Sequence record: NZ_CP041047.1
Direction: 5' to 3' (one strand)
Length of the DNA stretch: 64,000 nucleotides
Source: a plasmid
Every line of letters starts with the position of its first letter. The stretch's first letter is position 1. The translations under genes and the position numbers were made by a program. The notes below the pieces were generated by a model. That model searched no databases, had not been told where the DNA came from, and saw only the letters and a list, made by a program, of their open reading frames with translations. Below, piece by piece: positions 33,410 to 44,514 of this stretch.

Positions 33410-33533
33410 GGTGAACTCCTAATCTGGACGTTGCATGATGTATCTTCACACAGGCTCGCTTTGATTATATAATATTATATTATATAAGAATTAAAAGTGT
33501 TATCGCGAACGTGGATCAGAACAAAGAGAACTC

Positions 33534-33680
33534 ATGAGTAACGTGTTTATTGGCCATAAAAAAATGCGTGATACCGCCAGTGCAGCCACCGCCGTATTGC
33601 GTGCTTTGGCGAATGATGACCGGCTACTGCTGCTGTGCCACCTCAGTCAGAGACAAGCTTCTGTGGGGCACATATAAAGT
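33534..33680 (+). pseudogene. ArsR/BigR-like regulator, N-terminal fragment
   Basis: It translates to MSNVFIGHKKMRDTASAATAVLRALANDDRLLLLCHLSQRQAS... then a premature stop. The paralogue at 38299-38649 is LRGLANSDRLLLMCQLSQGEA.... Confidence 0.5.
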
Positions 33681-33867
33681 GCTATGGGGATTGGGCAACT
33701 GGCATTGTGACAGACGTTGGAAGTCATTCGACGCCTTCAACTCGTGGCAACGCGCCGTGAGGGAAAACAGTTTTTTTACCGAATTGATGAGCCGAATATG
33801 TTGATATTACTCATTACCCTCTATCAACTTTACTGTCAGGAAGATGACACAGAAGGTGTTAACCATG

Positions 33868-34293
33868 ACCATTAATCTGGTGCAATTCACTCCGTTACTG
33901 AGTTTCTTAGGGGGGGTATTGATCGGCTGTGCGGCCTGGATATTGCTCCTGTTCTGCGGACGTATTGCAGGGATCAGTGGCATAATCGGGGATGCGCTCT
34001 CAGCGGGTATCCGAGATCGTGGCTGGCGTCTGGCTTTTCTGATCGGCATTATCGTCTCGCCTCTTTTATATGGCCTCGTTCATCCGCTTCCTGTGATCGA
34101 GGTTTCTGCCTCCTGGCCTGTCCTGATGATCGCCGGGTTGCTGGTTGGGATCGGAACCCGCTACGGTTCGGGGTGTACCAGCGGCCATGGGGTTTGCGGT
34201 CTGTCGCGTTTATCCTCCCGTTCTCTGGTAGCTATGTTGACGTTTATGGGGGTTGCTTTTATCACCGTCTGGCTGATGGGATTGTGGATTTAG
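33868..34293 (+). CDS. YeeE/YedE-family (DUF395) membrane protein, first of a pair
   Basis: GxGxRxxGxSG-type motif (CGRIAGISGIIGD) and the conserved GCTSGHG in transmembrane helices. Confidence 0.7.
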   Translation, partial: TINLVQFTPLLSFLGGVLIGCAAWILLLFCGRIAGISGIIGDALSAGIRDRGWRLAFLIGIIVSPLLYGLVHPLPVIEVSASWPVLMIAGLLVGIGTRYGSGCTSGHGVCGLSRLSSRSLVAMLTFMGVAFITVWLMGLWI

Positions 34294-34333
34294 TCAAGCT
34301 TGCTCGCACAGTAAATCGCTCAAGGGGACATAT

Positions 34334-34765
34334 ATGAATCTGTTTTTTTCTCTGTTGGCAGGTGTGATATTCGGCGTTGGATTAATACTCAGCGGCATGG
34401 CAAACCCTGCAAAAGTGATTGGTTTTCTGGATATTACCCGCATCTGGGATCCTTCTCTGGCTTTTGTAATGGGTGGAGCCATCAGCGTGGGTTTCTTCGC
34501 TTTCCGGTCAGTGAAACGACGCACCCACTCGGTGTGCGGTGGCGCGATAAATCTGCCGACCAGCAAACAGATTGACAAGCGTTTGATTGGAGGGGCTATT
34601 CTGTTTGGCATTGGTTGGGGACTGGCGGGCATTTGCCCTGGTCCTGGACTGGTATTACTTGGTGCAGGGATGATCAAAGGTATGGGTTTTGTTGGTGCAA
34701 TGGTCGCTGGCATGCTGCTTTTTGAACAGCTTGAACGTAAACGAGCGAAGCGTCATGCATCGTAA
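34334..34765 (+). CDS. YeeE/YedE-family (DUF395) membrane protein, second of a pair
   Basis: Paired half-transporter with an ICPGPG motif. Confidence 0.7.
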   Translation: MNLFFSLLAGVIFGVGLILSGMANPAKVIGFLDITRIWDPSLAFVMGGAISVGFFAFRSVKRRTHSVCGGAINLPTSKQIDKRLIGGAILFGIGWGLAGICPGPGLVLLGAGMIKGMGFVGAMVAGMLLFEQLERKRAKRHAS

Positions 34766-34801
34766 TTCTGCCCCGAACGTTGTCAGCCATCAGTAACGCC
34801 T

Positions 34802-35599
34802 ATGGTCATTTCGTTACTGTCAGGTCTGCTCGTGGGAGCAGTGCTCGGTATCACAGGAGCGGGTGGTGGCATTTTTGCCATTCCCACCCTGGTGATGGGC
34901 ATGGGATGGGCACCACAACAGGCTGCTCCGGTGGCCCTGGTCGCCGTCGCCGGGAGTGCGGCTCTTGGAACCTTTGAGGCCTGGCGCAAGGGCCTGGTGC
35001 GCTATCGTGCCGCTATTGTGATAATACTGGCGGGCGTGCCCATGACGAGCGTTGGGTTATGGGTTGCCCACCGAACTTCCCCTGCGTTGCTGAGCCTGCT
35101 GTTTGCGGGGGTAATGCTAATCGTCGCGTGGCGATTGGTTCGGGCCCCCGAGATAGTTGCCAGGCATACTTATCCCGTCGAACTGGATGAACACACCGGA
35201 CGATTTATCTGGGCTGTAAACACATGGTTGCTGTTTCTCATGTTCGGGGCTGTTACCTGTTTTATGACCGGGCTATTAGCCGTGGGTGGAGGATTTATTA
35301 TCGTCCCGTTATTGCGGCAATTTACCCCCCTTCCTATTCACAGTTGCATCGCAACCTCGCTGATGATTGTCGCATTGGTAAGTATAGGCGGGATTGCAGT
35401 GGCAGTGATACAGGGTGCCACTCTGCCCTTGCCTTTCACTCTCTGGTTTGTGCTTAGTGCTGCGACAGGGATGTCGATTGGCCGAAGGCTAAGCCAGCAT
35501 TTACCTGAACATATTGTGCAGAAGGGGTTTTCCGGACTACTGATCGTCGTTGCCCTGGGGATGGTATTTAATGCCGTTATGATGAAGTTTAGTGGCTAA
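34802..35599 (+). CDS. TauE/SafE (DUF81) family sulfite/anion exporter
   Basis: Two-repeat membrane protein with GAGGG / GxGGGxxxxP motifs. Confidence 0.8.
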   Translation: MVISLLSGLLVGAVLGITGAGGGIFAIPTLVMGMGWAPQQAAPVALVAVAGSAALGTFEAWRKGLVRYRAAIVIILAGVPMTSVGLWVAHRTSPALLSLLFAGVMLIVAWRLVRAPEIVARHTYPVELDEHTGRFIWAVNTWLLFLMFGAVTCFMTGLLAVGGGFIIVPLLRQFTPLPIHSCIATSLMIVALVSIGGIAVAVIQGATLPLPFTLWFVLSAATGMSIGRRLSQHLPEHIVQKGFSGLLIVVALGMVFNAVMMKFSG

Positions 35600-36066
35600 G
35601 ATCAATATGATTGCCGACAGAGATATAAAAGCTCAAGGATAATGAATTCCTTGCTTTATTGTTTCGAACTTATCTGTCGCCTGCAATACCACGGGATTGC
35701 TATAACCAGCGACGAACCCGTTGCGTATAGCGTTTCCATTCCAACCCGAAACGTTTTCGAAGCTGTTCCTCTTCAATATCGATATGCAATCTGGCAACTA
35801 CATTGCAAGTTCAAACCTCATCGAGATAGGTTTTATTAATTAATAGCAGAATGAATCGTCACGGACAATCTTGACACTTCCGAGCCAACTATAAAGGTAT
35901 AAGGCAGAATCGCCTACCGGTTCAGAGTCATTCCATAGTTCCCTTTGGTATGCTGCACACTCCCAGACTCAAGAGGCAAAGCAAAAAATTCTCCACCGGT
36001 GAGCAGAGTATATTGCATATGCCAGTTTACGAGTGTATATATAGCATATGCCAATAAGGAGCCTTC

Positions 36067-36387
36067 ATGCCAAGACCCAGAATTCCCCGTAACATCTGTG
36101 GCCGCCCTGCGGATACCTGTTTTAAGCCCAATGCGCGACCGATGAGCCAGCTTGAACATGTTCATTTAAAAGAAGATGAGTTTGAAGCGTTACGACTGGT
36201 CGATTTACTGGGCATGCAACAGCAGGAAGCGGCTGTTGCAATGAGGGTTTCAAGACAGACACTGGCCAATGTCCTGAAAGCAGCCCGTTTTAAGGTTGTG
36301 GACTGTCTCACTCAGGGCAAGGCCTTAATAATGCACTCTGAAAGGGAAGGAGTTACACAAGATGATCACAGCCATTCCAGTGAATGA
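36067..36387 (+). CDS. DUF134-family putative DNA-binding protein
   Basis: Small protein with a sigma-70 region-4-like HTH (LLGMQQQEAAVAMRVSRQTLANVL). It overlaps the next gene. Confidence 0.55.
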   Translation: MPRPRIPRNICGRPADTCFKPNARPMSQLEHVHLKEDEFEALRLVDLLGMQQQEAAVAMRVSRQTLANVLKAARFKVVDCLTQGKALIMHSEREGVTQDDHSHSSE

Positions 36388-36823
36388 CGACCGGGTAGCA
36401 AATCATTTTACCAAAGCGAGTCACCTTGTCCTAGTGGATGAGCGCGGTGTGGAGCTCAGCCGGACAGAAAATCCCGCGCTGGGCGCAGATTGTTCAGGTA
36501 AACGGAAGCTGGTTGACCTTCTGGTTCAACAGCAGGTCAGCCGCGTTGTGGTCCGTAACATCGGGGAACGGATGCTGGGTAAATTATTGGGGCATCAGAT
36601 CGCGGTGTACCAGACTGACTGTGGCCGTCGTTTGTTCACTGAACTGTGTGATCCGGATACCCGTGTTCTGACTGAACTGAATAAGCCGGAGCAGGGGCGC
36701 CAGTCCTTTAATCATGAGGCGAAAGGGAAAAAATGCTGTAACTCTGACGGGAACACAGCAGAAAATGCGTGCCAGGGTGGGCGTCAGCATCATCACGGAA
36801 ACGGGCGCTGTTGCCATTCATGA
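36362..36823 (+). CDS. NifX/NifB-type dinitrogenase FeMo-cofactor-binding family protein with a Cys/His-rich tail
   Basis: N-terminus MITAIPVNDDRVANHFTKASHLVLVDE..., which commonly accompanies DUF134, and a C-terminus rich in C/H/G. Confidence 0.55.
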   Translation: MITAIPVNDDRVANHFTKASHLVLVDERGVELSRTENPALGADCSGKRKLVDLLVQQQVSRVVVRNIGERMLGKLLGHQIAVYQTDCGRRLFTELCDPDTRVLTELNKPEQGRQSFNHEAKGKKCCNSDGNTAENACQGGRQHHHGNGRCCHS

Positions 36824-36968
36824 GTTTATTTCATCACGGGCGGTGATTTTTATCAGACCCGTACTGTGTATAAACCAGGAGCCGGAATGAATGATGCCGG
36901 GAAAGACACTCAGCTGACTGAATTCCTGATGCCTCCCGTCAGTACAACCGGACGCTGAACAGAAACAG

Positions 36969-37406
36969 ATGAATTGTTATCTTGATGCCAGAAATGCCCA
37001 TAACTGTTGTATGGTTTGTGGTTCCCTCGACAACAACCCTGATACGGTGAACTTAATGTTTTCAGAATACCCGGATGGATCTGTATGTGCTGACTACACG
37101 GCCGATCACAGACATCAGGGGTATACGGGTCTTTTACATGGCGGAATGACGAGTACCTTGCTGGATGCCGCAATGACTCACTGCTTGTTTATGCAGGGAG
37201 TGCAGGCCCTGACGGCTGAACTGACAGTCAGATTCATTTCACCCGTTTGTACCGGTGACAAGCTGATGGTCTGTGCCAGACTGCTTGGGCAACGCAGGGG
37301 GGTTTACCAGCTCGAAGCATGGCTGGCAAAGGGACAGCAGAAAGTAGCTCGTGCCACGGCGAAATTCATTGTCCCGTCGCAGGATATTGCTCTGGCGCAT
37401 GGCTAG
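36969..37406 (+). CDS. Hotdog-fold (PaaI-type) thioesterase
   Basis: N-terminal CxxC...CxxC followed by a hotdog core (HGGMTSTLLDAAMT). Confidence 0.55.
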   Translation: MNCYLDARNAHNCCMVCGSLDNNPDTVNLMFSEYPDGSVCADYTADHRHQGYTGLLHGGMTSTLLDAAMTHCLFMQGVQALTAELTVRFISPVCTGDKLMVCARLLGQRRGVYQLEAWLAKGQQKVARATAKFIVPSQDIALAHG

Positions 37407-37520
37407 TGTGGCAGACGCCAGGTGTAACTGGTTATTATAAAAATATGAAGCGTGTTTTGCTCAGACCGGAAAGAATAATGGCATATCGTATATCCCACTT
37501 AAACAGTGTAAGAGGTAGTT

Positions 37521-37997
37521 ATGAGTAAACAAATAATTGATATTGGTATTCCTGAATCATCCCGGGTGGAGATTGCAGACGGTCTGTCCCGGCTTCTTGC
37601 TGACACCTATACCCTGTATATAAAAACACATTACTATCACTGGAATGTAACTGGCCCCATGTTTAACAGCTTACATTTAATGTTTGAAAATCAATACAAT
37701 GAGCTGGCCACTGCTGTTGATGATATCGCTGAACGTATACGCTCGCTCGGATGCTTCGCGCCCGGCACATATCATGAATTTTCACGTTTAACCGCTGTTA
37801 ATGAAGACCAGGATATTCCAGCAGCAAAAAACATGATTGAGAATCTTGTCCAGGGCCAGGAGACTGTGGTTAAAACTGCGCGCTCCCTGTTCCCTGTTGT
37901 TAATAATGCGAATGATGAAGCCACAGCAGATCTGCTTACACAACGTATCCAGTTACATGAGAAAACTGCCTGGATGTTGCGCAGCCTGCTTGAATAA
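37521..37997 (+). CDS. dps: Dps (DNA protection during starvation) ferritin-like protein
   Basis: Dps family signature [20 protein letters not shown] with ferroxidase-centre residues. Confidence 0.9.
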   Translation: MSKQIIDIGIPESSRVEIADGLSRLLADTYTLYIKTHYYHWNVTGPMFNSLHLMFENQYNELATAVDDIAERIRSLGCFAPGTYHEFSRLTAVNEDQDIPAAKNMIENLVQGQETVVKTARSLFPVVNNANDEATADLLTQRIQLHEKTAWMLRSLLE

Positions 37998-38298
37998 TGT
38001 AAACCGGTGGCAGCAGAAAAAACGGTTTGTCAGCCACAGGCCATTGCTGTCAGTGCAGTACCATCCGTGCTGCCGTGGCTGTTTTTTCTGACCGTAATAG
38101 TATAAAAACCGATAAATCAATAAGTTAAACAGTGAACGCGTGAGCGATAAATACAGTCCGGACAGGCATTACCGATGGGTATATCCGGACCACTGTCGCT
38201 TTCCCGTTATAATATCGCAGATACCGGCCAGGCTCTTCACAACCTGACAGGGTTAATGCTGCAATGATAAAACGGTTTGCGTGGAAAGCAGGATCACA

Positions 38299-38649
38299 TT
38301 ATTCGTTGTTATGGCTTCCTTTACCTGTGCCTGCCTGCGGGCAGTAGAGATCATACAAGGTATTTAACAACGTCATGATACGGTTATCCTCAATACGGTA
38401 ATATACCATTTTACCTGCCCGTCGGGTCTCGACAAGCTTCAGGCGGCGCATTACACCCAGTTGCTGAGACAGGGTCGGCTGAGTGATACCGACTGCAGCT
38501 TCCAGCTCGGCCACATTCGCTTCCCCCTGGCTTAACTGGCACATCAACAGCAACCGGTCGCTGTTAGCCAGTCCCCGTAAGACATCTGCTGCCCCCAGGG
38601 CTGCATTTTTCATATCGGTCTGACGTTTTGTGTCTTCATTCATGGGCAT
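38299..38649 (-). CDS. ArsR-family (BigR-like) transcriptional regulator
   Basis: wHTH (NVAELEAAVGITQPTLSQQLGVMRRL) with an N-terminal Cys pair (LLMCQL) and a C-terminal Cys, divergent from the CoADR gene. Confidence 0.8.
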   Translation of the reverse strand: MPMNEDTKRQTDMKNAALGAADVLRGLANSDRLLLMCQLSQGEANVAELEAAVGITQPTLSQQLGVMRRLKLVETRRAGKMVYYRIEDNRIMTLLNTLYDLYCPQAGTGKGSHNNE

Positions 38650-38809
38650 TGCTGGTTTCTCACATTATGTATTTTTATATAATGTTATTTAGTATACTGA
38701 TGGTGCCATAATTTTGCCACCGTGTTCGCCAGGTCTGCAGCGTCCAGCTGGCCCGGGTAACTAATTATATCTGGCAGACATTTTGCCCCGAGTGAACAGA
38801 GAGGATGTA

Positions 38810-40468
38810 ATGAAAATAGTGATTGTTGGTGGTGTTGCCGGCGGTGCGTCCGCTGCAGCCAGAGCTCGCCGGTTGTCAGAAGATGTCAGTATTGTTGTGT
38901 TTGAACGGGGAAGCGATGTCTCTTTCGCCAACTGTGGATTGCCTTATCATATAGGCGGAAAAATTCCGTTACGGCAGTCACTTATTCTTAAGACTCCGGA
39001 GGATTTTAAATCCCGCTTTAACATAGACGTCCGTACCTGCCATGAAGTGACGTCAGTGGATCCGGTTAATAAAACAGTGACAGTTAAAAATTTGACCTCA
39101 GGTGAGATCCATACCGAAGTATGGGATCGTCTACTCCTCAGTACCGGAGCCGCGCCGGTTGTCCCTCCTTTGCCCGGGCTACAGCAAGAGGGCGTCTTTA
39201 CGCTCCGAAATCTTACTGACATGGATGCTATCCTGGCGTGGATTGAGCAACATAACGTCGCTCACACCACGCTTGTCGGGGGGGGATTCATCGGACTTGA
39301 AGTGATGGAGGCTCTGAGCGAACGGGGGATCCGTGTTACCCTGCTGGAGATGGGGGAACAGGTTATGGCTCCGGTTGATCCTGAAATGGCATCAGCCCTG
39401 CATCAGGAAATCCGGAATCATGGCGTGGATCTGCGTCTCAGAACGGCACTCACCGAGGTGCTGCGGACAGAAACGGGATTCCGCGTTGCACTGTCTGACG
39501 GTGGCTTTGTGCAGACCGACATGGTTATTCTCGCCATCGGGGTAAAACCTGAGAACAGCCTTGCCACAGTAGCCGGGCTCGAAGTGGGTAAACGGGGAGG
39601 TATAAGCGTCAATGCCTGTATGCAGACCAGTATTCCTGACATCTACGCCGTGGGGGATGCAGTTGAAACACCTGACCTTGTCTTTCAGGAACCCGCTAAT
39701 ATTCCTCTGGCTGGGCCCGCCAACCGCCAGGGACGCATTGCTGCTGATAACATGCTTGATCACCACAGCCTTTACCATGGCAGTCAGGGGACATCCATTT
39801 GTAAGGTATTTTCGCTTAGTATTGGCAGCGTCGGTGCGAATGAAAAGCAACTGAAAGCCCATGGTACCCGATACGAGAAGGTTTACGTCCATGCTGCTGA
39901 TCATGCCGGTTACTACCCTGGGGCTACGATGATCAGTCTGAAACTGCTGTTCAGCCCCGATACCGGTAAAATTCTGGGGGCCCAGGCGTCAGGGAAAAAA
40001 GGGGTTGATAAACGCATCGATGTTCTGTCTGTCGCGCAGCGCGCGGGACTTACCGTCAACGATCTCGAGCATCTTGAGCTGACTTATGCCCCGCCTTTTA
40101 ACAGTGCAAGGGACGTTGTTAACCAGGCCGGTATGGTGGCGGCAAATGTCATCAGGGGAGATACGGCCATATGTCATGTCAGCGATGTTTTGCAACGGGA
40201 ACCGGACAGGTATTGTTTAGTTGATATTCGTTCTCCTGAAGAACTGAAACAATTTGGCGAATATCCTGATGCGCTATCCATCCCTCTGGATTCTCTGCGG
40301 GAGAATCTTGAAAAATTGCCTGTAGATAAAGAGATTTTTATCGGTTGTCAGAGTGGTCTGCGCGGGCATGTGGCATACCGTATTCTGCAGGCTCACGGCT
40401 TCCGGACATATAATCTGAGTGGTGGCTTTATAACCTGGCAGGCGGTTACGGAGTCAATGAGTAAATAA
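38810..40468 (+). CDS. CoA-disulfide reductase with a C-terminal rhodanese domain (CoADR-RHD)
   Basis: FAD motif KIVIVGGVAGGASAA, redox Cys (SFANCGLPY) and a C-terminal rhodanese active site (FIGCQSGLRG). A GC-rich hairpin terminator follows at 40470-40500. Confidence 0.9.
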   Translation: MKIVIVGGVAGGASAAARARRLSEDVSIVVFERGSDVSFANCGLPYHIGGKIPLRQSLILKTPEDFKSRFNIDVRTCHEVTSVDPVNKTVTVKNLTSGEIHTEVWDRLLLSTGAAPVVPPLPGLQQEGVFTLRNLTDMDAILAWIEQHNVAHTTLVGGGFIGLEVMEALSERGIRVTLLEMGEQVMAPVDPEMASALHQEIRNHGVDLRLRTALTEVLRTETGFRVALSDGGFVQTDMVILAIGVKPENSLATVAGLEVGKRGGISVNACMQTSIPDIYAVGDAVETPDLVFQEPANIPLAGPANRQGRIAADNMLDHHSLYHGSQGTSICKVFSLSIGSVGANEKQLKAHGTRYEKVYVHAADHAGYYPGATMISLKLLFSPDTGKILGAQASGKKGVDKRIDVLSVAQRAGLTVNDLEHLELTYAPPFNSARDVVNQAGMVAANVIRGDTAICHVSDVLQREPDRYCLVDIRSPEELKQFGEYPDALSIPLDSLRENLEKLPVDKEIFIGCQSGLRGHVAYRILQAHGFRTYNLSGGFITWQAVTESMSK

Positions 40469-41037
40469 GAGATGAGGTGCCATACACATGGCACCTCATC
40501 TGGTTCTGACGCATTAAGACGTCGCCGGGTAACATACTGTTTTTTTTATAATGTTACCTGCCCATGCTTCTGATACGAAAAGCTTTTAAGCGCCTGCACT
40601 ATCCCATTGATGTTATTGCTCAATGTGTTCGCTGGTATCTGACTTACGCCCTCAGCCTGCGCAATCTCGAAGATATGATGACGGAGCACGTCGTTATCGT
40701 TGACCATTCACTCTTCATCGCTGGGTTATGCGCCTGGCACCGTCGTTCCGCCAGTATAAGCGTAATGTAGGTCGGCGGTGGCGGATGGACGAAACTTACA
40801 TTAAAATCAAAGGCCAGTGGAAATATCTGTACCGGGAGGTTGATACCGCGGGGCAGACCGTCGACTTCCTGTTGACCGCCAGACGCGACGCTGCGGCTGC
40901 CTTACGCTTCTTTCGCAAGGCCATTCGCCACCACGGTGAGCCTGAGTAGACTGGCTCCATGAATCTCCAGACAGTTGGTATCACTTAAATTAGTGATAGT
41001 CTTAATACTAGTTTTTAGACTAGTCGTTGGAGTCCGG

Positions 41038-41367
41038 ATGATTGATGTTTTAGGTCCGGAGAAGCGCAGACGGCGCAGCCTTCAGGAAAAAATCGCCATT
41101 GTTCAGCAGAGCTTTGAACCCGGTATGACCGTGTTGCTGGTTGCCCGTCAGCATAGTGTTGCTGCCAGTCAGCTGTTCCTGTGGCGTAAGCAGTACCAGG
41201 AAGGTAGTCTCACCGCCGTTGCTGTGGGTGAACAGGTTATACCCGCGTCGGAACAGGCATCTGCGATGAAGCAAATTAAAGAGCTACAGCGCCTGCTGGG
41301 CAAGAAAACCATGGAAAACGAGCTGCTGAAAGAAGCCGTTGAATATGGCCGACAAAAAAGTGGATAG
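41038..41367 (+). CDS. insC: IS2 OrfA (InsC)
   Basis: The sequence [32 protein letters not shown]... matches IS2 InsC. Confidence 0.85.
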   Translation: MIDVLGPEKRRRRSLQEKIAIVQQSFEPGMTVLLVARQHSVAASQLFLWRKQYQEGSLTAVAVGEQVIPASEQASAMKQIKELQRLLGKKTMENELLKEAVEYGRQKSG

Positions 41368-41915
41368 CGCACGTGCCCTTGCTGCCGGAGGATGGCGAAT
41401 AAGCCTTGTCAGCTGTTGGCTACGGGTCTCACGTGCGCAACTGCATGCTATGGCTCGTCGGTCGAAGAACTGGCAGGAGCGTCGACGCAAGCGCAAGCCT
41501 GATGATATTGAAGCTCTGGATCGTATCCATACCGTTATCGGCGATCTGCCTACGTATGGTTATCGTCGGGTGTGGGCACTGCTGCGCAGACAATCAGAAA
41601 CGGACGACATGGCGGTGATCAATGCCAAACGCGTATACTGAATCATGCGTAAGAATGCGCTGTTTGCTTGAGCGTAAACCGGCAATACCGCCCTTGAAGC
41701 CGGCGCATACAGGGAAGGTAGGACTGGAGCCTAAACATACGGCGGTACGTAGCCCGGAAAGCAACGGGATGGCAGAGAGCTTCGTGAAAACGATGAAGCG
41801 GGATTACATCAGCATCATACCGAAGCCGGACGGGTTAACAGCGGTAAAGAACTTTGCAGAGGCCTTCGAACATTACAACGAATGGCATCCGCATAGTGCA
41901 CTGGGGTATCGTTAG
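41339..41915 (+). pseudogene. insD: IS2 OrfB (InsD) with an internal deletion
   Basis: N-terminal ([16 protein letters not shown]) and C-terminal ([22 protein letters not shown]...HSALGYR) parts are present but the DDE core between them is absent. Confidence 0.8.
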
Positions 41916-42491
41916 CCACGGGAATATCTACGGCGGCGAACCAGTAATGGGTTAAGCGATAAAAAGTGTCTGGAAATATAGGGACTAATCTACTGAGGTT
42001 GTAACCATCGATAAAAGCGGTGCCAACATGGCGGCGCTGGCCACACTCAACGCCAGTAAACCTGAAGAAGAAACCATCACCATCAGGCAGAGTAAATACC
42101 TGAACAACCTGATTGAGCAGGACCATCGGAATATCAAACGCCGAATACGACAGATACTGGGGTTCAAATCATTTCGGCGAGCGCAGACGATAATGGAGGG
42201 CATTGAGTTAGTGCATATGATACGTAAAGGGCAATATCAGCATCCCGCTGAAGAGCCTTTATCACCGGCGGAACAATTTTACCTGTTGGTTGCCTAAAAT
42301 ATAGACAGCGCAATAATTACTGACTTGTCTACGCTAATGCGACAGAACCCAACGAGCTGGATTGCCAATCGGCGAAGACCTCTACGGCAGAAAATCCGAG
42401 CGTAACAACGAGCGGCCAATACAGCTTCGCTCCGGTTGAGTTGCCATGAATATGGCCATCGTGTGCTTACATGATTTTGATTCCGTTTATT

Positions 42492-43232
42492 TTACAAAAG
42501 CCCCCAGATGATCTTGACGGCGGTCCCTAACAGGACGAATCCAATGATGTATTTAAGCTGTTGCCCTTTGAGTTTTTCGCTCATTAACCACGCGCCAAAT
42601 GCAGCCCCTCCCGCCGATGCGATACCGGTGGCACCGACCAGCGAATAATCCATTCCCGAAAGCGTTGCGTGGGCAAAGAAACCGGTCAGAGAAGCAAACA
42701 CGACCACGAAAGAAGCGGTTGCTGACGCCCGTTTGGGTTCCAGCCCGGCCCCCACGAGTGCCGGGACGATGATGCTGCCACCTCCAACCCCTAACAGGCC
42801 ACCGACAAAACCCGCAACACCGCCAAGGGACAAACTACTCAACATCTGGCTTCGCGCACTACGCTGAATTCCAGAAGATTTTGGCGCGTACAACAACATC
42901 ATGAGGCTGGCAAAAATAAGAAAACCGGAGAACAGCCACAGTAGAAAATGGCGGTCTAACCTTTGGCTGACATGAACCCCGATTGGCGACAAAACCACGG
43001 CCACAATCAAAATGGGGAGTGCCAACCGCCATTCGACCAAACGCTTGCGAATGAATGTCGTTGTCGACACGCTCGTCGATATGGCATTCAGAAGCAAGGC
43101 GGTGGCCATCGCTGCATGAATTTCGACCCCTAGTGCCAAGAAGATCGGAACCAGAATAAAAGCGGCTCCGACTCCGGCCATGGCCATGATAGCGGTTAGA
43201 AAAAACGTTGCAACGGCAGCGATGGCAAGCAT
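42492..43232 (-). CDS. TauE/SafE (DUF81) family exporter
   Basis: Membrane protein with two GxGGG repeats (MAMAGVGAAF...LGVGGGSIIVP). Confidence 0.8.
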   Translation of the reverse strand: MLAIAAVATFFLTAIMAMAGVGAAFILVPIFLALGVEIHAAMATALLLNAISTSVSTTTFIRKRLVEWRLALPILIVAVVLSPIGVHVSQRLDRHFLLWLFSGFLIFASLMMLLYAPKSSGIQRSARSQMLSSLSLGGVAGFVGGLLGVGGGSIIVPALVGAGLEPKRASATASFVVVFASLTGFFAHATLSGMDYSLVGATGIASAGGAAFGAWLMSEKLKGQQLKYIIGFVLLGTAVKIIWGLL

Positions 43233-43241
43233 TTCAATTCC

Positions 43242-43865
43242 TTAGCAAAATGAGGATACAGTATGTCCAGCCAGTTTTTCCTGGCAAGGAATGCAAAGCC
43301 GTCCCGCTTCCGTGTCGATCAGTTTATCGACAAAGACACGTTCCCCACATTTGGCGCATAGTTCCGTGTCAAAGCAGCTTTTACCGCGTGGAAGTTCAAA
43401 CGGCTTCTTTAGCCCGATATCGAGAAACATTTCTTCCGGCATCGATATGACCTTGTTAACCAGGGGGTCAGTGACTTCGGCGGGAATATCCTGTGGCGCT
43501 ATGCCTTGTTTGCGTTGGGCAACAAAAGGCGAGTTGAGCATGTTGCCGAAAAACTCGTCCTTTAGCCGTACACGTACTGAGCGCCCGGTCTTCACGTCTA
43601 TCAGAGTGAAAGCCATCTTGTTGTAATAGCGCTTCTCGATGTTCGACTTGCCGTAGGTGCATCCCGTAGCCGACATTACGCCATCCAGAAAGCATCCCGC
43701 AGCATGGCCTTTCCCTGTTTCTGCTATGACATGCAGCTCCTTGTCTTCTGCCCGTTCCACACCGAGCGCTCTCATCGCTGCTTGCGCAGCACGGTAGCCT
43801 AAAGGCATTGCTGGACACTTATGGCCGTGAAAGACCATCGCCGCTTCGAATTCATCGTGTGTCAT
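43242..43865 (-). CDS. FmdE/FwdE-family protein with a C-terminal zinc ribbon
   Basis: The core region [15 protein letters not shown] fits the FmdE domain. The C-terminal CxxC pairs (CAKCGERV...CIPCQEK) indicate a zinc ribbon. The likely start is MTHDEF at 43865. Confidence 0.55.
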   Translation of the reverse strand: MTHDEFEAAMVFHGHKCPAMPLGYRAAQAAMRALGVERAEDKELHVIAETGKGHAAGCFLDGVMSATGCTYGKSNIEKRYYNKMAFTLIDVKTGRSVRVRLKDEFFGNMLNSPFVAQRKQGIAPQDIPAEVTDPLVNKVISMPEEMFLDIGLKKPFELPRGKSCFDTELCAKCGERVFVDKLIDTEAGRLCIPCQEKLAGHTVSSFC

Positions 43866-44514
43866 TACTCTATCTCCTTCGTGAGTCGCGTAGCTTCCTG
43901 ATGAAGCCACTATCTTGAAGACGAATGAACTCGCAAAAGGATGCAGAAATTTTCTTCGAGATTGATTTCAGTAATCCTCACGCCGAGGTGCGTGGTAACA
44001 AGCCCGACCACTGTAGTCAAAGTGCACTTGGCAATTACGTATCAACACCTCGCGCAACCGCTGACGAATTCTCCGTAACCTAGACTTCACGACGGAAAGA
44101 CTTAACTCATGAGTATCGGCAAATTCTTGCTTACAAATGCTGTGCTGGGGGCAGTTTGGATATCGAATCTATGGTCACTCCCGTTTTTGCAACACTGATT
44201 TTCGACGATATCATTGGCTTGCTTAAATCTATCCAGCGTCAGAATCGCGCCACGATGAGTTCTGCGCCTGATGAACCTCAGAAAAATCATACGGCTTCAG
44301 ATGAGCCATTCCGATATACAGGTTCTTCAACAGGCCGGTCGGCCGTTTGTATCATCAATGATCAGCATTCGCAAACCAGATAGGTGATTGTTTAAAAATT
44401 TATTGTTAGAGACTTACGACGCGAACGTCTGTTGTCGCGTCGTAAGCACCCAGGCTATCCTGGCCAGCTTGTTTGCGAGTGCGCAGGTCACAACAAAGTT
44501 GCTTTTTCTGCACA

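Larger units (their letters stand above)
40947..41992 (+). mobile_element. IS2 with an internal deletion in orfB (~1046 bp instead of 1331 bp), flanked by a 5 bp target-site duplication CTGAG
   Basis: The left end TAGACTGGC... and right end ...TGGAAATATAGGG are present, and CTGAG occurs at 40942-40946 and 41993-41997. insC is at 41038-41367, and insD is split at 41339-41641 and 41622-41915 with the middle missing. Confidence 0.8.
40502..42349 (+). mobile_element. IS6-family element (IS26 relative) disrupted by an IS2 insertion
   Basis: Terminal IRs GGTTCTGACGCATTA are at 40502-40516 with the inverted copy at 42335-42349. The transposase N-terminus (MLLIRKAFKRLHYPIDVIAQCVRWYL...) is at 40564-40949 and the C-terminus (...TIDKSGANMAALATLNASK...IRKGQ) at 41994-42297, and they are contiguous once the IS2 is removed. 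Confidence 0.7.
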
